A DNA stretch of 28,049 bases, from NCBI GenBank assembly GCA_002269645.1, contig NIVC01002015.1, forward strand, positions 1-28,049. The letters are read 5' to 3'. The notes below the pieces were generated by a model. It worked only from the letters and a program-made list of their open reading frames with translations, was not told where the DNA came from and made no database searches. How positions within the stretch are numbered: position 1 is the first letter of the stretch; every line of letters starts with the position of its first letter. Below are positions 1 through 9,640 of the stretch, piece by piece. Both the position numbers and the translations under genes were made by a program. The DNA is from Macrostomum lignano (taxonomy: Eukaryota).

Positions 1-217
1 TCAGTTAAAGTAAGTTAAACAGCTTTGTTTAAACAGTTAGAGTTCCCGCAGCCGTTTAGGACCCGAGAAAAGCCGGCAGAGTCCGATGTCTCACCGGCGC
101 TGTAAATGAGAGTTGAAGTTGTTCAGCGGCATGCAATTGGGAATCGAGAAACAGGGGATACCGTCTACAGAACATTTGCTGCCTTATTCACATCACTCAC
201 TCTCCCGAACTTCTTCG

Positions 218-2477
218 TCAGCCAGTGGCACACTGTGCAGCTCTTGGGTCGGCTCTCACTAAGCCCCATTGACAAAATTCGTAAGAAAGCCAACCTTGGG
301 ACTTTGAGAATGATGCAAGCACTTCTCTGGCCAAATTCGACATTTTGTGACTGTGAAATCTTACCGCGAAAAAGCTGAGCAACCCGGCCATAATGAATTT
401 AACTGCACCAATTCCGGCCTGTGACTGCCACGACAACTGCGACTCCCCTGTCACAACTCTCTTCATGCTCTCAGTAGCATTCCAGCAGTTGCTACAGAGA
501 CTGCTGTAGACTTCTCCGCTCGCCTCCAGCAGCTGCATCAGCGTGACGTCAGTGCGTTTGATCTTTATTGGTTTGACAATCCGGAAATTAAGAGGCAGCT
601 CCTTGCCTATCTTGACAATGCGGCTGCCCTTTTCGCCACCGATGCGGTGCAGCTCCTCCATGTGGTCCGGCGCTACGCCTGTTCGTCAGTGTTTTGTTAA
701 ATTTTTAAAAACCAAGATAATTTGGACAGTTTTATCCATTATTTATTTATTTATCACAGTTGCAACAGTCAAGCAGTTTAGAGGCCACAATATGCAGCAC
801 TCACCCTTTTCGATCAGGTACTTTTGACCATCGGCGGTGGTGACCACGCACCCCTCATGAGGAAATTTGTAGCCGGACGTTTTGTCCGATCGCTTGGTAC
901 TGAGTGGTCGCTCGACAACCACGAATTCAACGACTGTCTTATGCAGCTCCATAAATATAAGCAACTGCATCAGAGAGATGTTGATACGTTTGACATTTTT
1001 TTCTTCGACGACCTCGAAGCCAGAAGGCAGCCTTTTACCGATGTCTACGATGCGTATTTCACCAATGCGATGCAACTCTTTCATTTGGTCCGGCGCTACG
1101 CCTGTTCGTTAATGATTCATTAAATTTTATAAAAAATAGTTTGTTTTAGATTTAGTTGGTTCCTATCAGTAATAGCAACAAAAATACGCTGACACTCAGT
1201 TAAAAAATTCTGCGTCACAGGGCGCATCTCAGAGCCAGGGCGCGAACGTAGTCCGGGCCACCAGAGGACCGTAGCCTGGTGTGGTCCAGCGCGGCGCTCT
1301 TACATGCCCGCGGACCAGACTCAATTCCAAATGCAGTAGTCACAAGGAATGTATTGTTAGGCCTAAATTTGAATCTCGGCTTGGCTGTGTTCGTGCAATT
1401 AATGTCTAGACGTTCAACTCCCAAGGCCCAGTGAAGTGTACTTTCCTAACGATAAATAAAGTTAGAGCCTCTCTACACTCCTGTTTGAGTGTGTGCCTGG
1501 ACGTCTGACATCGACGTACGACGTAGTTCGTCAGGGCGCCTGTCGGAGTGTGACAGGGCGCCCAAGCTTCAGCCTCTAATAAAAAGTCCGTCAGCGCCTC
1601 CGCGTAAAATTTTTAATTTGATGTCGCCCGGCGCACAGAGCCCGATGGACTTCTCAGTGTTGATCACAAGCCCGACAATCGACTCTACAGCGACCAGTCG
1701 GTCGACCAGTCAGCAAACAGTTGAGGACAGCAGGGCGAGATCGTCGGCGTAGCCTAACAGGCTGAGCCGTCTCTACGGTTGGCGTCGACCCACGCTTCGC
1801 CGCAGCAGAAAGCCGCCATTGGTCGGAGAGAGCAGTCCGCAGCACCCAGTCAAGCAGCAGAACAAACAGGAACGGCACGAACTTATTTCTTCGGGTCGCG
1901 GCATTTACTTGCACCGATGTCCAAACAAGTTAAGACGAACATCATCAATAATAATATTTATCATCATCACAGTTGCTACATTCAAGCAATTTAGAGATTA
2001 AATTTTGCAGTGGCTTTTACTCACCCTCTTCGAACAGGTACTTTTCGCCGTCCGAGGTGGTGACCACAAATCCTTTATAATGACCTTTGTAGCCGGACAT
2101 TGGGTCCGGTTCGGGAGTTGTTCCTCCCTGCCTGGCAGATTCCAGAAAATATGATAGGAACTTATAATAATCGGAATCTAAAAATAGTTCGCCAAATAAA
2201 TTATGTCAAAATAATCACAGTTGCTACATTCAAGCAATTTAGAGATTAAAATTTTGCTGTAGCTCTTACCCTCTTCGATACTTGGCCATCCATACTTATA
2301 ATGATCTTTGTAGCCGTACATTGGGCGAGGGAAATGATGCTCCTGCCAATACCGGTAATTATCATAGAAACCTAAAAATGGTTGGCCAGATAAATGTGGT
2401 TCATCCCGTTTATGCTCTGAAGGCTTAACGGACGCAATTTTAACGACTGTCTTCTGTAGCTCGGCAGACATGGCCAT
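218..2477 (-). CDS. Permuted papain-like (LRAT/PPPDE-type NlpC/P60) peptidase/acyltransferase-like protein with internally duplicated exons; predicted 372 aa
   Basis: Exons 2477-2270, 2177-2025, 1101-805, 678-218. All introns are GT-AG and phase 1, and the 1119-nt join is open. The last domain reads RPL...FPHEGCVVTTADGQKYLIEKG...SGEVYSSLCSNCWNATESM, the His-first/Cys-last order of permuted papain-like enzymes (His 859-857, Cys 487-485). A shorter gene starting at ATG 952 (two exons) is an alternative model. Family call is from motif recognition only. Confidence 0.6.
1215..1880 (-). mobile_element. Degenerate RTE-type non-LTR retrotransposon fragment (reverse transcriptase) inside intron 2 of the papain-like gene
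   Basis: The minus strand gives PFLFVLLLDWVLRTAL (from 1875), then after a frameshift GFLLRRSVGRRQP*RRLSLLGYADDLALLSS (YADD 1751-1740) and GLVINTEKS: RT subdomains 4-6 with stops. The lower boundary (~1215, ...ALALRCAL*) is tentative. Confidence 0.8.
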
Positions 2478-3380
2478 AATTATTCGAGTAAAAATACTAG
2501 AGCCCTAGGAGTAAGTGATCGCGCTTGTAAACTGGTTGATTTAACAAGCCATTTATCCTTAGCTTTACTGCCTAATAATATGATACTTACTCATCGAGTA
2601 ACGCGTACTGCAACCCACGTCACTCTTGCGGTACTACTCACAATGGGATGTACAATTGCTGTACGTGGGCAATCTTCAATACGTGCGCGGGACCGTACTG
2701 AACTCGATGAAGTGTTTGGGCTTGGATGCTGAGGGCTCAGTGCACACGTAAATGCCAAGTGCACGGTGTAAAATACTCATAGATGCATTGCCGTACACTC
2801 ACTGTCCAAAATGGTAGCAGAAAGTGGAAGTTTACTTTTTTCGTTATTCTTGTTTTCTCAGCATCTGGTAAAGTGCAACATCGAATCTTCGTCTACTCAT
2901 GCAGCCCTCCTAGCTGCCATGCGCTTAATTCGAATTAATGCGTAGTCGCGTGCAATCGAATTTGATGCGAGAGTCGTACACGTTTCGTCTTCGCTGCTCA
3001 GTCTCACAAGGCAGCTATGGAAGAGATGTTGCGATAAAAATTGCTGCTTGCTCAAACAAAAACTGACACTACTAAAATAGCAAAGCGGTTCGGCAAATTC
3101 AGATCAAAGATGGCGGCGGCAAAATACAAAGGAAAAATTTTCCGCTGATGCTGGTTCGCCTCGCTGCTGGGACTGGCAGCCACGAGCAAAAAAGATGCAA
3201 TCACTGAATTCTCAGAAGCACCGCTTTCGCCTAAAATCTACCCCATTCCGGCTGCTCAATCGATGCAGCGATACCAATCGTTTCATCATTATTTTTCAGC
3301 ATAAATGCATCGATTCTTTCCTGAAATCCCCAGCTACAAACCAACTGAGAACAGCAGAGTCTCCAAAATATCCGCTCACA
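2478..3380. promoter_or_regulatory. Candidate bidirectional (head-to-head) promoter region
   Basis: Lies between divergent ATGs at 2477 (-) and 3381 (+). It contains a perfect 14-bp palindrome TTAATTCGAATTAA (2925-2938) and a YY1-like AAGATGGCGGC (3107-3117). Function is inferred only. Confidence 0.3.
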
Positions 3381-4392
3381 ATGTCGCACGGCACTGTCAA
3401 CTCGCTTCTGTCGCTGTGTCTCTGCCTTCCTGCCTTCGGTCTCGCCCAAGAGTCAACGAGCAAAATAACGGTCTGGGATAGGTGGTTCGACAGTCTGAGC
3501 GAGTACTCGACTCTGCTGAGCTTCTCCGTTCCCAGCAATGTCTTATGTCTGATGAAAGCCAGTCTGAGTACCGCGGACGCCGCTGACTTCTCGGAGGAGG
3601 ACGGACTGTGCCGCCTCTACCGGTGCCGATGGGGGCCGTCCGGCTGCAGGAAGTGCCGATACGTCTCGCAGGGAGCGCGGCTGTGGGTGAGGCCAGACGG
3701 ATGAAAATTCAGTAGCTGTGCTGCTGAGGTTTGGGTAGCTGGGCATTCCTGACCATTGCGGTCATTTCGCTCTCTCATTTCAGCTCAGACGGCCGACACA
3801 TCTGGACCGAAAGTTCTGTTGGCGCACCTTCCAGCACCGCGTCGACGGTTCCGTGCGGTTCGATCGCAACTGGGCCGAGTACCAGGCCTCGTTTGGCCAG
3901 GACGAGCACCGCAACTTCTGGCTGGGCCTGGACACCATCCACGCCGCCACCGAGGATGGACTGCGCCGAGTCCGCTGGGAGCTGAGAACGTGGCAGGACC
4001 AGCCGTTCTGGGCCGAGAACGAGCGCTTCCTAGTCGCCGGCTCCGACAAGCTGTACCGACTGCTGCTCGGACCGCTGGAATCGAGCCTCTCCTCGATGGG
4101 GCAGTGCAGCTTCACGGACATGAAGTTTCTCAACAATCAAAGCTTCTCCACATTCGACATGGACAACGACAACAGCAGTGTCAACTGTGCGCGAGTGTAC
4201 GACGGAGGCTGGTGGTTCAACAGTTGCGCCTGCTTCAACCCGAACGGTCTGTACTACCAGTACCCGGATGCGTACAACAAAAGTGCTACGGACAGCCAGG
4301 GGATCTACTACTTCTGGCCGGGAGCGCCCTATCCGTTTCGCTATGAGCATTCAATGAAGGAGTTCGAGTGTCTGTTCACGGATTTTATTTAA
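3381..4392 (+). CDS. Secreted fibrinogen-related domain protein (signal peptide + Cys-containing PAN/apple-like N-terminus + FBG domain); 304 aa
   Basis: Exons 3381-3686 and 3784-4392; 97-nt phase-0 intron GTGAGG...TTTCAG. The N-terminus is hydrophobic (SLLSLCLCLPAFGLA). FBG motifs: FQHRVDGSVRFDRNWAEYQASFG, FWLGLD, FSTFDMDND...NCARVYDGGWWFNSC. Confidence 0.9.
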
Positions 4393-5478
4393 TGAGCCAC
4401 CTTGAGGAGATTTCGGTCGCTTATCATTTTTGATGCATGAGCAGAACATTTTATCTTTGAAAAATCGGGCCTCTGCAGTGTACGCTCGTACTCGTATCTC
4501 AGTGACTGAAAACCTTCAAAATTTATTTTCGATTGCAGCTTCACTTGCCTCTCTAAAATATATACTCTTGTAAGGCAATACTTCAGCCAAAAAATTAATG
4601 CATCCGCCAGCTTGTGCTTCAGTATCCGTGAAGACTGAGCAAGGGTAGCGTCAGCTCGAGACGGGATTGGGTTAGGAGGTGTTGTCTTTGCTGGTTCCAC
4701 TGCTGTGTGAATACGACCAGATGATAGTTAAATGTGTGATACTCTCGTATAACGATAAGCAAATCGATCAAGAGGTCCGCAGACCGGAGCTCAAAACCTT
4801 TATGTAGTTTTTTCTGCTCTTCGTACACGGAAGAAGCAAATGAGCCTGCTTACTTGTAATGACTATGATGAACTTGACTTGATAATTTAGAGTTTATTTT
4901 TGCGTGCATCGTGAACTGAGAAAATAAAGGTAAAACATAAACAATATACAATATAGCCATACTCGTATGACATGCAAACGGGTAGCAAAAATCAACTCAT
5001 TCTTCGACCGCCGGGGGTTCTTCATCGACCCCCAGTTGATTCTTCATCAACTTCATCGTCATCAGTGAACTCTTTCAGCATCAGTTGCAGTCGCAATGAG
5101 TGCAAACAGTAGTGCTATTAATATAAATATTACAACGAAACGTTAATGTTACTTTTAAAACCACGAGAGCCAGAGAACCGTGATTCGAAAAGTATCTTTT
5201 TAGTGTGTGCAGTGCCTCTATAGACAAAATAATTTATACCGTGTTGGTCCATCAATAGTAGAAACGGTCTTAGATTAAAGAAATTGAGGTGAAGAAAAAA
5301 GTTATAATTTTAGATTAGAGAGTCTTCATTTGGTCAAAGAAGCTCATCATAGCAGCCTTTCTACCCATAGGAAATACCGGAGATGGCGAGTCACCCAAAA
5401 CCACCTTTAAGAACGCATCTACGGACTCTCGAGACATCGGCATTCGCAGTCGGCTTCAATGTTGCATTATCCATCAGA

Positions 5479-5875
5479 TCACAGGTCAGGAGCAGCCGGG
5501 GTTGAGGCGACAGTCTGCAGCTGCGAAGCCCGGGAAACCGGAGGAGCTCGGCTCGACATCCGGGATCCGGAGTTGGCCGAGTAGCGGCTGCGGCGGCTCC
5601 TGTCCGAGCGGCAGAGCAGCGCGTCCACGAGCTCGTCTCGGAACTTTTTGCCGCTGAGCACGTACATGAAGAAGTTCATCGTGTGGTTGGAATACACCAG
5701 CACGTCCGTTGCTGCAGAGGCCAACTCTTGGCAAGCTGGAAACGGACTGTAGCTCGGCCAGTACGGAGCCGAGATGTACATTGACATGCTCGGCGTGATC
5801 AGCACAACGTACATCAGCGTCACCAGCAGCATCATGCGGGTCATGCTGCTGTTCGTGTCATCGGCCGACTGCTTT

Positions 5876-5907
<32 letters not shown>

Positions 5908-6729
5908 GTGGCCCTCCTGCATGGCCTGTCGACGCTTCCGAGAGAGCAGCAGCTGCCGGACAATCAGGGCGTTGCTCACAGCGATGACCAGAAGCGGCCC
6001 GAAGAAGTAGGTGCTGAATCCGAGCCAGGTGCGGACGTAGTTCTCGTAGAAGTCGAACTCAACGAGCTGGCCGCATTTGGCGGTCAGGGCGGGCGCGAGC
6101 GAGCCGGTTCCGTTGGCCGACGCGGCAGGACGGAGCTCCCAGCGCTCACCGCGGCTCCACAGCGAGCTGAGGTTCTTACCGATGCCGAGCAGCGTGATGC
6201 ACAAGCAGATATTTCGGGCCCGCGACTTGCTGCACCTGCATGCAAATCAAATTAGGAAAATTAGCGACTGTTGCTTTAGACGATGTTTCCTTTGCAGTTC
6301 GGCAATGCTAAATCGCTCATTTAGCTGCTCCCAGACTCACCACGTGCCAGCCCGGAGCGGCAGCTTCACGATGACCAGCCGGTCAACAGTGAGCATTGTG
6401 AGGCACCAGATGGCCAGGTCTCCGCAGCCGAACAGCAGAAAGCGGTGGAGCTTGCAGGTGAAGTTGCTCAACTCTTCGAAAGCTGCGGCTCCGACCGCCC
6501 ACTGCTGAACGACTCTCGGGCCGAGGCCCACCGTGGTGGTGGCCGTGTCGGCCAGGGCGATGAAGCGCAGGTAGACGCTGACGCTGTTGTCCCTCATGGC
6601 GGGCCTGGACAGCACCAGGAAGGAGAGGCAGTTCCCCAGCCAGCACAAGCTGAGCAGCACCAGCGGCGGGTACTTCCACAAGACGCTGGCCGCAGCGCGA
6701 ATTCTCGCATCCAAGTCGCCGTCCATCAT
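5479..6729 (-). CDS. Rhodopsin-family peptide GPCR (FMRFamide/myosuppressin-receptor-like); 381 aa
   Basis: Exons 6729-6341 and 6235-5479; 105-nt phase-2 intron GTGAGT...TGCAG. There are seven hydrophobic segments with GN in TM1, LALAD-like IALAD in TM2, Cys at the TM3 top, DRL for DRY, an ECL2 Cys, TM5 Pro, and TM7 NFFMYVLSGKKFR. Confidence 0.9.
5875..5907 (-). repeat. CAG/CAA trinucleotide repeat encoding Q11 in GPCR intracellular loop 3
   Basis: The minus strand reads (CAG)5 CAA (CAG)4 CAA. Confidence 0.9.
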
Positions 6730-8399
6730 CAGAAAGCTGCAAGTGGACGAGTTGCGCGAGTCTGTTTGAGGAGGTTATTTAAACCTTCAGAAACTGTCAA
6801 AAAAAGTTTGGTTGAGCAAACTAAGCTGAGACCATCCGGACGCGACAAGAAGAATGCATAATGCATGCGTCTGGGAGAGCTCTGCGTTGCTGGTGGGAGA
6901 CACCGAATAGCGATTGAGCTTTCAGGTAACTCTTTTTAGCTATTCTATCACACTATTTACAGAGCAAACCCGAGGAGCTTACAGCAGCTGGCCTCCTGCA
7001 GTTGGTGAAGTCTTCACTTGAGCAAGCCGCCTGAGCTTTCCCAGATTGCAGGGCTCGCAACTGCAAAGAGCCCGTGAGAATTTTATAGTCTCCCACAACC
7101 GGCTGAAATTCGACACACAAAAATTCGGCTGAATTCTTCCTTGGAATTCGATTTCCACTACGCGATTCAAAAATTCGATTTTAACTTTTTTTGACCACAC
7201 CCGAATTGCAGACTTCTGAAACGCATCAGGTTGCTCAGCTTCAAAGAGGGAAATTTATCGATGGTGGCTTTTCAAAGGCGGAGTAGCGGCCCATTGTCAT
7301 GAGGAAGGGATCAATCGTGGCTCAGCTCGATATTCAGAAGCCGGAACTCAAACTGTTTAACTTAATTTTGATTTTTTGACTTTCCGACTAAGTATAACCA
7401 GGCCATGATTCGAACGGTGTTTGGTCCTTGCGTGTTTTCTTCGAGGTGTCAGCTCATAAGAGTAAGATTTGCTGCCGAACTGCTGCAACACCTTAAAAAA
7501 TTCTGTCCTTTCCGCTGACTCCGGAGAACATACGAATACTGTACGCAGACAGGCACTCGCGCACACGCTCACCCAGGATGTACAGCGTCAGGCTTTCTAA
7601 TCATCTGGCATGTACACTCTGTGACTTGGGTTTGAGAGTCGGGCACGTTTACCGCTGAGCTTCTTGGCCCTGGGCTGAATGGCTTGCAGTTTTCTGAAAG
7701 CGGAGGACACAGCCGCACACGGCTAACCTGCGTTTTTGTGCCAAATTTCGTAGCTTACTTTTCCTTCGTCACGGATATCATTCCCTAACTCTGAATTCTC
7801 GTATTTGGCCTAACCGCAGACGCAGCATGATTCTGTCCCGGCCACAATTCGCCACCCCCGCGCTTTGACTTTGGCCTCCGCAACTTTGCTCAGTGTCGGG
7901 TGTCAATCGTCCACCGTATCTGCTTGTTTTTTAAGCGCACTGTTGATTTATCCTCTTGGGTAAACAGCAACTCAACAGTTGTAACCCATTCGTGCGATGT
8001 TCAAGTTCATACAAATTCCTGGTATGGCATTTTGCTTGCAGCACTGTCTACAGCACCGCAGAGTCATCTGACGAGAGTCAGCTGATCCCAGCAATGTCAA
8101 CTTTTATCCGAGCAGCTTGTGCGGCTCTAGCGCGGCTGACCTGCGCTCAAACCCTGGATTTTCGTAGAGGCCAGTGATTCGTTACATGTGCAAGCGTATC
8201 TGTTTTGACGGTAAAGAGTAACGGAGAACTTCAAAAGCACCGGGTCCAGGTTTTTGTCCCAGTTGAGTAGTCAAGGTCAGGTGGCCTCGCCTCCACCGAA
8301 AATTTTCGAATGAGTTGTAAATTGTAAAAAGTAAAAAATTGTAAAAAAGAAAAAAAAGAAAAAAATGTAAAAAAAAATTTTTGTAAAAAATTGTAAAGA

Positions 8400-9037
<638 letters not shown>

Positions 9038-9640
9038 GCACTAAGTTTGTGTACAGCGACCCAAAGTCGGCATAGATGACGGGTACCACATAGATGTCAT
9101 GAGAGCAAAATACGCTCATATTTACTATGAAATATGAAATGCAGAAGGTATATTTTTGTGCAGCGTTCAAGTCTCAATTTGAAAACAGATTCCGAAACTG
9201 GAGTTCATACTTGGGTCACATTGGGTGAAGGCCGCAGCTGAGATTCAGAATCGGAGCTCGGCAGAGCTGCTTGGCTTTCTGCAGCCTGCGCACCGAGCCT
9301 CCCACTCGCAGCGGTGAACAATGGGTCGAGAGTGATGTCGACTGCAGCTGTTTCAGAGCTACTTTTAGCTCTGATGAGGCCATCTTCGTTTGAGTTTACA
9401 ACTCAAACCGCCCACCCCGCCTTGCCCAGCTCTCCTCTCTTCCACCGCATTCTCAAACCGAGTCTCAAACAGCTTCGCACGGAGTGTACACCGGTTGAGC
9501 ACGGAAAAATGACAACTCTCTGTCTTTGAAAAGCGGCGCTAGCGTAAAGGTGCTGGCAAAATTGAGTTTGTCCGGCACAACAGCAGTTTCTTTCAGCGCC
9601 TCTGCGATTTTGATTCTCGCGCGCGGTCAGACAGTCAGCC

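Noticed and set aside
3195-3380. 62-codon N-terminal extension of the fibrinogen-domain ORF
   Set aside because: The signal peptide starts at ATG 3381; the upstream part is AT-rich and UTR-like.
4389-4828. Two short minus-strand ORFs
   Set aside because: Alternative start codons, no recognisable motif and no convincing splice sites.
7100-7210. Cluster of AATTCG motifs as heat-shock elements
   Set aside because: Spacing is GAAnTTC or GAATTC rather than nGAAnnTTCn; no periodic array.
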